DNA of 39,792 nt, taken from the NCBI GenBank assembly GCA_030527905.1, contig JAUMZX010000001.1, forward strand, positions 1 through 39,792, in the 5' to 3' direction. The notes below the pieces were generated by a model. The model was given only the letters and a program-made list of their open reading frames with translations. It had not been told where the DNA came from and made no database searches. The translations under genes and the position numbers were made by a program. The stretch's first letter is position 1; the number at the start of each line of letters is the position of its first letter. Source of the stretch: Cardiobacteriaceae bacterium (lineage in GTDB: Bacteria > Pseudomonadota > Gammaproteobacteria > Cardiobacteriales > Cardiobacteriaceae). Positions 18,303-27,340 of this stretch are shown here, one piece after another.

Positions 18303-18701
18303 TTAATTCACCTTATAAGCCGTCGGATAGAGTGACGACACTCGCAGCTTTGCCACGTTAAGTTGTTTACCGGTAAAGAGTGTAGGATCGGAGCTAGTAA
18401 AACCAAGTGAGTTGCCTATTTTTACAAGCCCTTTATCTGTGTGCAGTATAAATAGGTCGGGCATTTTATAACCATTACTACCGTACGCGGACGTCTCAAT
18501 AATTTCGAACAACGACCCCGCTCCAGGCCCTTGGTACAATCGTCTGATCATCTCTCCGTTGAACCATATTTTTTCGGGGCTGGCTGGATATACCTGGCCG
18601 CACAAGACACCAATAGCATTGTATATGTCCATGCCGTTCAGCTTGCAGTCTACCCTGAGCCCTGTCAGCTCTATAGCTTCGACCATACTTTCTGTTATCA
18701 T
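18303..18701 (-). CDS. Hypothetical virion-associated protein
   Basis: RBS AAGGAG; first gene after the capsid terminator. Confidence 0.65.
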   Translation of the reverse strand: MITESMVEAIELTGLRVDCKLNGMDIYNAIGVLCGQVYPASPEKIWFNGEMIRRLYQGPGAGSLFEIIETSAYGSNGYKMPDLFILHTDKGLVKIGNSLGFTSSDPTLFTGKQLNVAKLRVSSLYPTAYKVN

Positions 18702-18717
18702 TATTATCTCCTTATCT

Positions 18718-18750
18718 AAAAATAAGCCCCCTCCGCTTGGGAGGAGGCTT
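18718..18750 (-). terminator. Intrinsic terminator after the major capsid gene
   Basis: Minus strand AAGCCTCCTCCC-AAGC-GGAGGGGGCTT followed by ATTTTT. Confidence 0.85.
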
Positions 18751-18764
18751 TAAGGTTGAGTTTG

Positions 18765-19652
18765 CTATTTAACAGTAATCTCAACAACGTGGTCGGGTCG
18801 GATGACCTTTGCGCCAAAGAGTGTCGAACCAACAACGTAATCGATGCCCTGGATCTTATCGCGGCCGTCTTCAGTCTTAGTGAACTGAGCGAGACCCTTG
18901 ACAGCGCTCTTGTGCATGATGTAAGCAACATCCTTATTGCCATTCTGCTTGATGACGTTAGTCACGTAAACAGGCATGCCGAAGATTTCACCAACGAGGC
19001 CGTGCTGCGTCTTCACGATGCCCTTTTCACCAACACTTGCGTAGCTGGTAAACTCAGGGATCTTACGCAAAGCAGCGCGAACCTTACCGTTAACGAACAG
19101 TGCACGGTTATCCTCTGGGACGTTGGCTGCATCTAGTTTGCCAAGAGCATCAACAATATCGCTGTAAGAGAATTGACCAGCGGCTGCAGTCGTTTGCTTG
19201 AGGATATCCGACGCAGCTTGAATCTTACTAATAACCTCAGTGTCATGAGCTTTAGCAATCCAGCGGCCGAGGCGCTCAACATACAGCGCGCGGAATTCGT
19301 ACTTGCTTTGAGCTTTCGCAACATCCTGGACACCAACTGGCTTGCGGAGGTAGCGGTCGATGAGCACGTCAACGTAACGAGTTTTGATGCCGTCGATCGC
19401 CGTAGCGGTGCCGTTGGTTGTGGTGTTAGTGTTGACATCGGTGTCGATCTCGTCCATGAATGGCACGTGGATCATATCACCGTAGTTAACAGCCTCGCCG
19501 AGGTTTGAGTGGTCGATGAAGTTCCAGAGTACGAGGTTATCGGTACGGTTTTTCTCTACTTCTGGGGCCCAAATTTGGGGTACAAAAGGCTTAGTAGTAG
19601 GCGTGCCATCTACCGCGCCAGTGCCCTTAGTGGGCGTAACATAGTTAGCCAT
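18765..19652 (-). CDS. Major capsid protein (HK97 fold, P22 coat-like)
   Basis: FVPQIWA, GDMIHVP, LDAANVPEDNRALFV, GEIFGMPVYVTN, FGAKVIRPD motifs; follows the scaffold; terminator downstream. Confidence 0.92.
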   Translation of the reverse strand: MANYVTPTKGTGAVDGTPTTKPFVPQIWAPEVEKNRTDNLVLWNFIDHSNLGEAVNYGDMIHVPFMDEIDTDVNTNTTTNGTATAIDGIKTRYVDVLIDRYLRKPVGVQDVAKAQSKYEFRALYVERLGRWIAKAHDTEVISKIQAASDILKQTTAAAGQFSYSDIVDALGKLDAANVPEDNRALFVNGKVRAALRKIPEFTSYASVGEKGIVKTQHGLVGEIFGMPVYVTNVIKQNGNKDVAYIMHKSAVKGLAQFTKTEDGRDKIQGIDYVVGSTLFGAKVIRPDHVVEITVK

Positions 19653-19665
19653 TTATTTATTCCTT

Positions 19666-20364
19666 TTAGTTTGTTAGTTTGTCTATTGCAGCAATGTATT
19701 CAGGTGAGCCAATTTCATACTTGGCCAGTACATCCTGAATAGTAATTACCGTTGGGGTTTGATCAGTAGCGTGGGCTTGAGTGCCCTGCTGGAGTTGTTG
19801 ATTGATAGACTCCCTTTCCTCTCGGCGGATTTGCTCCGGATCTACTTGGGGTTTATTCCGGCTCGACTCTAATACGGCTAAATCATACAGAGTGTCGAGG
19901 TCGTGTCGTAGGTTATTTGCATATTCTACGCCGTATTTAGTAGCTTTGTCCTTTACGATGTCATACATTACCGCTTCGAGATTGCGGTCACGTCCTTGCT
20001 CGCCAAAGAATCGCTCAACTTGTCGCTCGTACTTCAAGTTAGCAACCTCTGCGCGCAAATCGTCAGTAGGCTCGCTGGTATCTGCTAATTGTTTTGCGCT
20101 ACGGAATGAGCGCTGGTTATCCAGAGCAATTTTAAGGGCTCGTTTTGTGTCTTCGCTAGCGTTATCAAGATCAAAGCCTTGCGCCTTCGCGAATTTACTT
20201 AGCCCGTTATCTGCTGGCTCGCTTTCTTGGGCGGGCTCAGCTACTACATCTTGCTCTACTGGAGCTTGAGAGGTAGTATCGCTAGAGATATCCGCCGGTT
20301 CGTTAACGCTAGTAGGCTCTTGATCGAGGCTAGCATCATTGGTTCCGGTAAGGGAATCTTCCAT
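19666..20364 (-). CDS. Capsid scaffolding protein
   Basis: Acidic disordered N-terminus, helical; lies between portal region and capsid. Confidence 0.78.
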   Translation of the reverse strand: MEDSLTGTNDASLDQEPTSVNEPADISSDTTSQAPVEQDVVAEPAQESEPADNGLSKFAKAQGFDLDNASEDTKRALKIALDNQRSFRSAKQLADTSEPTDDLRAEVANLKYERQVERFFGEQGRDRNLEAVMYDIVKDKATKYGVEYANNLRHDLDTLYDLAVLESSRNKPQVDPEQIRREERESINQQLQQGTQAHATDQTPTVITIQDVLAKYEIGSPEYIAAIDKLTN

Positions 20365-20474
20365 TCTAGTGTACTCCTATTAGTTTGTCTTCAACCTCGC
20401 CTCTTTTAAGGGGGACGTAGGAGGGACAGGGGCGAAAACCCTCCTACGCTGTACATCTTACAATGCCTGCGGAA

Positions 20475-20753
20475 TTATTGGATACTAAAACCTTCAATAT
20501 AAAGGCGGATTGTATCGAGACCCACATTGCGTTGTAAAAGATACGCCAGCTTCTCGGGCTCAAACTCGAGCTGCTGCGTTGTCTTTCCGTCAACGGTTGG
20601 CACTTCCTTATATATCTCAATAGGCCCGGCAGCTAATGTAGAATTTACATCCTTTTGCAGGTCGATGTAGCCCATTAGCTCTTTATAGGCTTCCGTCTTG
20701 GAGAATTGATCCCATTGCTTGGCGATTTTCTCCCATTTGTTGCTCTCTTCCAT
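20475..20753 (-). CDS. Hypothetical protein (portal-adjacent)
   Basis: RBS GAGGT; conserved position downstream of the portal. Confidence 0.75.
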   Translation of the reverse strand: MEESNKWEKIAKQWDQFSKTEAYKELMGYIDLQKDVNSTLAAGPIEIYKEVPTVDGKTTQQLEFEPEKLAYLLQRNVGLDTIRLYIEGFSIQ

Positions 20754-20794
20754 TTATTACCTCGATCGAGTAGACACTTGGCTACGCACAAGTA

Positions 20795-22648
20795 CTACCG
20801 TAAACGGGTAGAGACTTGTTCTGCCCGCACCCTTCTAATGTTGTTATCGTTACTATTAGCTCCCCCGCCGCCTTGTCTGCCGGTTTGGGTTCGCTTATTG
20901 AATGAATCACCGCCTCCTTGAGCTGCGGCTGCTCCTAGCAGATATTCCTCAGCGCCCGGGGCTAGCGATGCGCCGCTTTGTACGAGGCTTGGATCAACTG
21001 GTTGGCCATCGGGGCCCATCATTGGTTGCGGCACAGTAAGCATCTCGTTAATATCATCCTCGGTCATATACTTGCTAAAGAGAGTCTTGTACATATTACG
21101 CAGGAAGGCTTCCTGGTTGACGAGGGGGTTTTGAAGGCTGAACTGAGCGGCTGTCTGCATTGCCTGGCTGAGCATTGCAATCTCAGCGTCTGCGGTGCTT
21201 TCTAGTACAACCTTTGGCTGATATTCACCAAAGTAAACATCTGGGCTGTAGACCTGCCAGGTAATTTGGTTATGGTCAGTCATCCGTACCGGAGTATCCT
21301 CTTTAACAAACAGCTGGATCATCTTAAACAGGATTGAGCCTACCTGACTAAGGCCGCCGTCCTCTAATGACTGCATCTTAACGTTCGTGCGAGCGTCTGA
21401 TTGCTCTATCTGGTTAGAAATCTCAGTAGCAGTTGTACGACTATAGCGTTGGCTAATACCCTGGACGGCTGCATCGGCGGCTACTGCAGTGCGCATTTGC
21501 TGAGTAAGGCGGCTAATCTCGGCATCAGCGGCTGAGCTAATGTCGTTCTTCTCAATTGGAGTAAGTGCACCCTTGGGAATCGGGAATATAGCGCCTGGTG
21601 CGGATTGGATGCGCTCAGCTAGGTGTTGGTACCGTGGTTCAATCTGCCACATGTTGTTCAACACATAAGCAATATTGTCACGCTTCTGGCTCGCTGTATC
21701 GTTGAGCATCTCCTGAGTCTTGATAATGACTTCAGCGATACCTTTACCGTAGAATAGGCTCGTATCAACGTAGTTTCTGGCTACTGCAAACGGTAGAAAG
21801 CCTTTAATGGCGGGGATTTTCACCTTTATTAGGATGATCTCGCCGTCTAAGTCCATTGGCAGCTCTTTTTTAGACTCTTTTCGGGCATAGGGGTTGTCTT
21901 CTTCTAAGATAACAACACTACGATTAGCTACCATCACGTGTTTCTTCTCAGTCCAGTAGTCGATAACCTCTACCTGCTCGCTAATGGCGTCTTTCCCGTA
22001 AGTAGAGCCGATCAACATCTCCTTGATGTCTTTATCCATCTCCTCGCCATCGTTAACACCGTAGACCTTGTCGAGGTTTTTGTACTTATTATCTACTCTA
22101 CCAGTCTCTACATCTACCTCCATCTGAGACTTGAGCTGTTCTAGGCTTGTGAGGTAGCGATATCCTGCGTAGCGCGGGTAACCTGGCTCTTCTGGGTTGT
22201 TGATGTGGCGCGCAGCTGGGTCAACAAAGAAATCGTTTAGGGGAATATTCTGGATAAGTGGGCGATCTTTTAGCCAACTAAAGGCTAGAACGCCTGTACC
22301 ATATAGGGCCATATCCTTAATCCAGCTAATCATCTTATCGGTCATATTGTTGATTGACCAGTAATAGTTGACAAGCCCATTTAAAGCCTCAACGCTTTGC
22401 TCTTGCTCTTCGTGTAACGGCCAATATTTAAACCGCGGCTTTGTTTTGACGTATGAGGATACGAGAGCTTCTACGATTGAGAAGGTCTCAGGTACAAACT
22501 CATCAGCTTGACCTGCATACCCCCTAATTGTTCTAATGCCGTTGTAAGACTTGAATGCATTTGCCCAAATCTTTTTGTAGTGGGACTCGGTGTACATCCG
22601 CGCCTTGTTAAAGCGCTTAGTCACCTCTTGTAGTGTTTTATCATCCAT
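20795..22648 (-). CDS. Portal protein (P22-like)
   Basis: 617 aa after TerL; MALYGTGV, DFFVDP, FYGKGIAE, TTATEI motifs. Confidence 0.92.
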   Translation of the reverse strand: MDDKTLQEVTKRFNKARMYTESHYKKIWANAFKSYNGIRTIRGYAGQADEFVPETFSIVEALVSSYVKTKPRFKYWPLHEEQEQSVEALNGLVNYYWSINNMTDKMISWIKDMALYGTGVLAFSWLKDRPLIQNIPLNDFFVDPAARHINNPEEPGYPRYAGYRYLTSLEQLKSQMEVDVETGRVDNKYKNLDKVYGVNDGEEMDKDIKEMLIGSTYGKDAISEQVEVIDYWTEKKHVMVANRSVVILEEDNPYARKESKKELPMDLDGEIILIKVKIPAIKGFLPFAVARNYVDTSLFYGKGIAEVIIKTQEMLNDTASQKRDNIAYVLNNMWQIEPRYQHLAERIQSAPGAIFPIPKGALTPIEKNDISSAADAEISRLTQQMRTAVAADAAVQGISQRYSRTTATEISNQIEQSDARTNVKMQSLEDGGLSQVGSILFKMIQLFVKEDTPVRMTDHNQITWQVYSPDVYFGEYQPKVVLESTADAEIAMLSQAMQTAAQFSLQNPLVNQEAFLRNMYKTLFSKYMTEDDINEMLTVPQPMMGPDGQPVDPSLVQSGASLAPGAEEYLLGAAAAQGGGDSFNKRTQTGRQGGGGANSNDNNIRRVRAEQVSTRLR

Positions 22649-24404
22649 TGGTTATTTTATGCATCTTTGCGGTAGAAATTACCTTTAAGTTTGATATATC
22701 GTTATCACCCCAAGGGAATAGCTGATAAGCAATAGCTGTACTCATCACCACATCGTCATGAGAGCCTTCCTCTGCGTTCATTCTACCACGTTCATCACGC
22801 ACGTAACTGAATGACTCATTAATGAATACAATATCCTTATCTTTAATCACGCGCTCGCGTACTAGCTTGATAAGGTCATCAATCATTAAGCGCTTAGTTC
22901 GCATATCAGTCTTCCAGCCAAGGTTAACAGTAGGCGTCTCCCATTCCTTGTCATAACCTCTATCGCGTTTGTAGAGATTTGTATAGAAGGTATCGCGGAG
23001 CTTTTGTACGGTAGTAAGGCCGTGGTTGTTTACCTCTACGCCTATAAGGGCATAATTGTAATACGTGCCAAGTGCGCCTAAGATCTCGCCGAACTTGTCA
23101 GGGTCGCAATGTCCCCTCCAGCGAGCGACTACTACCATTGTTGAAACGTCTACAACAGTTGCAACGCTAAAGTCGCCGCCCTTGAGGCCTTCTGCAACAT
23201 CTGCACCAATGACGTACTCCTTATAAGGTTTAGGTTTCTCCCAAATCTTGAGTGGTGCTTTATAAGTAAAGTCATCAGGCGTTTCGTTAGGCTCGAACGG
23301 TACTCTCTCTAGCTCAAATTCCTCATAAGGACGATCCTCTAATGGAGTAATCTTGTAATAGTCGACACCCTCTAATGGGGTTGCATCCTTCTCCATCTCC
23401 TGCAAGGCTAATGGGTTGAACACGTTCTTACCACTTGAGATGAACGCCTCTTCCCATGTTGACGGGTATTCTTGGGGCAGGCGCTCAGGGGTTGCCGCGA
23501 AGTCTCTTGCTTTCCTTCTGTAGTAGGCAAGCTTCCTAGGAATAGACTCCTCGCTAACGGTAAACTTATGGCCGAGTGTTGTATGGCCTTTTTTCATCAG
23601 CTCAACTAAGAACGACTCGTAATCGTTTAATTGGCCTAAGTCCTCAAGCGTAGCATCGCGTTCATAAGTATCAAGAATCCACCAAGGGGCAAATAAAGGT
23701 TGGTAGTTATTCTTTTTATTAACTGCCGCGACATACTCTTTATGAAAGTAATTACCTCGACCTTCTGCAGTAGACTCAAGAAACACCATTGAAGGCTTCT
23801 CCATTACCTCGGCATCCGGCACGGTCTGCATAAGAGAGGCAACCAAGTCTTCTCCATTCTCCCAAGCGCCCAACTCTGAGGCGTGCAGGAAGTTGACGGT
23901 ATCTGAACGCCCTGCGGACTTGTTCTTGGCTGTCTCAATCTTAATTGCTGAGCCTAGGCCTATCTGTTTACCATTCTCATCGAACTTCTCAAATGTAAGG
24001 TCGCTTTTAGTATTATAGCGAACACTCGGTTTAAACAGGATATTAGTATTGTCAAAATAACGACGGAACATCCTATAAAGGTTGAGTGAGGACTTCTCAT
24101 CATTACCGATGATAACACTATTAATGTTAAAGTTCGTAGATGTCCACCAGTAACAAAGAGCCTCTACGGCCGTACTAAAGCCCATCTGGCGAGCCTTTAA
24201 GATGATAACCTTAACAGGGCGCTTCTCTTTAATGCAGAGTAACACGTAATCAATTAAAGCCCGCTGAGGCTCGTTAGGGACGAATGGTACAATATTGGCA
24301 AACTTATCCTTAATGTACAGGTTCACCTTAGCGAACTTGTAGAAGTCCTGTTTAATCGCCGCGATTTTCTTTAGCTGCTCTTTGGTGAGTCTAATGTCGT
24401 CCAT
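22641..24404 (-). CDS. terL: Terminase large subunit
   Basis: ILKARQMGFST (Walker A), LHASE (Walker B), ESTAEG, IGADVAEG and HDDVVM nuclease motifs. Confidence 0.96.
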   Translation of the reverse strand: MDDIRLTKEQLKKIAAIKQDFYKFAKVNLYIKDKFANIVPFVPNEPQRALIDYVLLCIKEKRPVKVIILKARQMGFSTAVEALCYWWTSTNFNINSVIIGNDEKSSLNLYRMFRRYFDNTNILFKPSVRYNTKSDLTFEKFDENGKQIGLGSAIKIETAKNKSAGRSDTVNFLHASELGAWENGEDLVASLMQTVPDAEVMEKPSMVFLESTAEGRGNYFHKEYVAAVNKKNNYQPLFAPWWILDTYERDATLEDLGQLNDYESFLVELMKKGHTTLGHKFTVSEESIPRKLAYYRRKARDFAATPERLPQEYPSTWEEAFISSGKNVFNPLALQEMEKDATPLEGVDYYKITPLEDRPYEEFELERVPFEPNETPDDFTYKAPLKIWEKPKPYKEYVIGADVAEGLKGGDFSVATVVDVSTMVVVARWRGHCDPDKFGEILGALGTYYNYALIGVEVNNHGLTTVQKLRDTFYTNLYKRDRGYDKEWETPTVNLGWKTDMRTKRLMIDDLIKLVRERVIKDKDIVFINESFSYVRDERGRMNAEEGSHDDVVMSTAIAYQLFPWGDNDISNLKVISTAKMHKITNG

Positions 24405-24519
24405 TCTTTAACCTCAGCCGTTTAAGTAGCTGATTAATCGCCGCTGACTTGTTGGGTAGACTATTAAAGAAATCTAAGTTCTCATCCCAGATATAAATAA
24501 GCTTTCTATTCTTAGACAT
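24391..24519 (-). CDS. Ribbon-helix-helix-like small DNA-binding protein (42 aa)
   Basis: Manual translation MSKNRKLIYIWDENLDFFNSLPNKSAAINQLLKRLRLKNGRH; overlaps the terS stop and terL start, filling the gap. Confidence 0.7.
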   Translation of the reverse strand: MSKNRKLIYIWDENLDFFNSLPNKSAAINQLLKRLRLKNGRH

Positions 24520-25012
24520 CTAAGTTATCCAAATCCTTTAATGCTTCCTCGATACCTATATGGGCCGTAACCTGTTTATCAACGAACATGTTATGTTCCT
24601 TACCTAATAGCTTAATGGCATTAATCTTATCGGCATCTTTTGATATATCATTTACAACAATCATTTGTAGTTGCTGTTTAAGATGTTCCGGAGTAAGACG
24701 CATCATATTCTTAGCCTCGGCGACCCACTTTTGGCAATCCTTAGTCTCCATCTTTTGTGCAGCCCACCGGCTGTAGCCTGCACGTATTGCTGATGCATAG
24801 GCGTTCGCATAACTCGGCGACTTAGGATCCATATAATAATCGATCCATTTCTCTTGTTGCTCAGTTTGAGTCCATTGACTAGCAACCTTGCCCTTATTAC
24901 GTTTACGGATACTTACACCGTCCTTGTTTTTCATTCGTTTTGTCCTACCCTCGCGCTGGGCAAGCTTTCTTTCTCTCCAATATTCTTTAGGTCTTTTATT
25001 ATCGGCCATCAT
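24512..25012 (-). CDS. terS: Terminase small subunit
   Basis: QEKWIDYY...NAYASAIRAGYS HTH and DKINAIKLLGK..MF motif; RBS AAGGAGG. Confidence 0.88.
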   Translation of the reverse strand: MMADNKRPKEYWRERKLAQREGRTKRMKNKDGVSIRKRNKGKVASQWTQTEQQEKWIDYYMDPKSPSYANAYASAIRAGYSRWAAQKMETKDCQKWVAEAKNMMRLTPEHLKQQLQMIVVNDISKDADKINAIKLLGKEHNMFVDKQVTAHIGIEEALKDLDNLDV

Positions 25013-25351
25013 GCCTCCTTTCCTAAAGAGTATATACTTTTAGTTTTGGTTAGGGATAGTGTGAGCGCAGCGAGCCGCCCCCCCTCATGTGATAGGTATA
25101 TACTCTTGGGAAGATTAGGTTATATGTTTTTTAGATGAGCATGATTCCTAAGGCCACATAGAGTATATAAATATCGAAGGGAGGAGCCCCCCGTACCCCA
25201 CCCTCCCTCATATATATTACCCAACATAATTGACTTACACACAACAACAAAAAATAATTACATATATACATGAATGCATGTGCGGGTGGCCAGGCTTGAA
25301 TACTACGGCGAGTACTAGGTATTGCATAGTACCTTGTCATGCATACCCATT

Positions 25352-25623
25352 ACTTCGCACAATATATCGCAAAGCCCAGATTGTGGCAACATCCCAGGTT
25401 TTGCATAGTTTTCGGTGGCTAGGCTTGTGGTTGGGGTCATATACTTCGCAAAATGGTGATTGTACGAACTTAACGAGATGCTTATTTTGTCGAGTCGGGG
25501 CTTACTTCGCACATCGTTAACTGTTACCAGATTTTACGAAGTTGAGGAATATTAGGCCGAGATGGGTTATACATCACGTCGAGGGTCATATCGTTACTTC
25601 ACACAAGAGTTATTTTACGAAGT
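25352..25623. repeat. Cluster of dif/Xer-like 11-6-11 sites and half-sites
   Basis: ACTTCGCAAAA-TGGTGA-TTGTACGAACT (25443-25470), ACTTAACGAGA-TGCTTA-TTTTGTCGAGT (25468-25495), ACTTCACACAA-GAGTTA-TTTTACGAAGT (25596-25623); half-sites at 25352, 25504, 25532. Confidence 0.65.
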
Positions 25624-25990
25624 ATGGGGGATATTGATCAGGTTATTAATGAGTGGCGAGGTGAGGGCTTCCCCAATACATTATATATAGTAGATGAATA
25701 TAGACCCTTATGTGTGCAGTGTATATAGGTAGATAATCGAGCAGAAGTATCAGATTTTGGGAGATTATCTCAGATATGATATAAATTTTAGGGGGTAGTT
25801 TTCGTTTCCCCGGCATTTTCGTTGCATTTTAGTGGGATAGAGGGCATTTTTATATCATATATGGTATATTTGGGTCAAAAAATGAGGTGTTTTAGGTGTG
25901 AAATATATGTATTACACAATAATTTGGGCGTGTGGGACGATTGATTGTAGGCTCAGCATGTTGGTCATACCCGGCAAATAGCCCAAAACT

Positions 25991-26155
25991 ATGAAAAAAA
26001 CATCAAATATAGTGCTAAAATGGCTATTTTACGTTAGTTTTACTGTATTTTGTGGGATATTAGACGTCGTGCAAGGGTTATGTGCGTTATTCCCTATGTA
26101 TATTCCTTATATTATTCCTATAAAGGGTAAAAAATTCCAAGTAATGAAGCATTAA
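25991..26155 (+). CDS. Possible small hydrophobic protein (54 aa)
   Basis: MKKTSNIVLKWLFYVSFTVFCGILDVV...; no clear RBS, AT-rich context, may be spurious. Confidence 0.25.
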   Translation: MKKTSNIVLKWLFYVSFTVFCGILDVVQGLCALFPMYIPYIIPIKGKKFQVMKH

Positions 26156-26573
26156 AAGAGAGGCCCGCGCGCCTGGTTGGTGGGCAATTTATACGTTTGC
26201 GGGCTATTCTATGGGCAATTATGGGTATTATTTGGTGTTTGTATATAATTATAAGCACTTATATAGCATTAAGAGGAATCGCCGCGGTTTTTATGTATGG
26301 TTATTACTATAGGTTGATGCATTTATAGGTGTTATTACTTGTATTTTGCAAGTGGTATGCACGTAGTAACAAAAAGCCTCAAAAGATATCCCGCGCCGGG
26401 CTTATTGTGACGTATTAAGCATAGGCGATTTAAGCGTCGTGACTGTGCTCATTTATGCGCGCCAAGCACTAGCAAGCATCTTTTTTATTCGGAGCGATTA
26501 TAGAGGCTCTCAATGGCCTTATACGACACTTTAGAGTTGATGATAGTAGTGTAGGTTGAGTGGAGTGTTAGAG

Positions 26574-26605
26574 AAAATAAAAAAGCCGCCGGTTGATTGG
26601 CGGTT
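26574..26605 (-). terminator. Intrinsic terminator closing the large ncRNA transcript
   Basis: Minus strand AACCGCCAAT-CA-ACCGGCGGC followed by TTTTTTATTTT. Confidence 0.85.
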
Positions 26606-26644
26606 ATTGTTTTAGTTGTTTACTTATTGTAAATGATTTACATT

Positions 26645-27340
26645 ATTTTTAGACATAAAGGAGCCCTCTACCCCTGGTTCTACTAGCGGCGAGGTTAGGT
26701 AATAACTCTTAACCACTAAACACCCGCCAACTTCTAGCTTATCAGTCACACAGTTAAACACTAGTTGTACAGCTTAGTTTAATGTTATACCTAAACTCCC
26801 GCGCTTTTCTTATAAGAACTGGGATAGGGTTCATTATTAGTCACTTGTTAGTAACTGTATCGCACTTACCTGCGCTGGCCACCTGTTTAAGAACAATCTC
26901 CTCAACGTATCACCTAAGTAGTCCGCGGCTACCCTTTTGAGGTACTTCCGGACTTTTTGTCGTACACGGCTCCTATCTCAATTTATGTACGTCCCCACTT
27001 AGATGGCGTTGTCTCTTGCACTCCCCACGATTCCCAGCCTATCAGTTGCCCGATATTCCACAAAGCGCGGCAGTTGTTCACACCATAGCACCTGAGTGAC
27101 CAGATACCACCATTTTGCAGGGTCGTGAGAAATTGAGAAAGACACGTTGCCCTTTGGCATAAACAACAACATTATAGAGTGGCTAACTTTAATCTATTAC
27201 CAAGAGTTTTCCTACTAACCTAACAAGGTGTTTGGCTCTTATGTGGTCAATTGAGGCTGGTTGATTGCATCCAGCCTGAGATTATCCGCCAGTCCGAGGC
27301 CTTGCTACTGTAGCTACTTGTAATCCTCGGCTCTAAAAAA
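26645..27340 (-). ncRNA. Large ornate structured ncRNA (~700 nt core, transcript ~810 nt), family unassigned
   Basis: No ORF of 60 aa or more in any frame; promoter upstream, terminator downstream; more than 15 helices including long-range nested pairs and pseudoknots; G-U wobbles work only on the minus strand. Confidence 0.85.

Noticed and set aside
5465-20409. Numerous plus-strand ORFs opposite the structural genes
   Set aside because: Antisense shadows of well-supported minus-strand genes, without RBS or protein-like motifs.
25131-25520. ORFs 25131-25340, 25230-25520 and 25315-25512
   Set aside because: No RBS, atypical composition, and they overlap the repeat-site region.
25352-25623. 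CRISPR array
   Set aside because: Repeats are short, degenerate and irregularly spaced (91, 61, 92 nt); no cas genes.
26645-27340. RNase P RNA, tmRNA or group I/II intron identity for the large RNA
   Set aside because: AAAGUCCGG is present but pairs locally and has no CCGGCUUA partner; no tRNA-like ends; no interrupted gene or recognisable intron core seen by eye.
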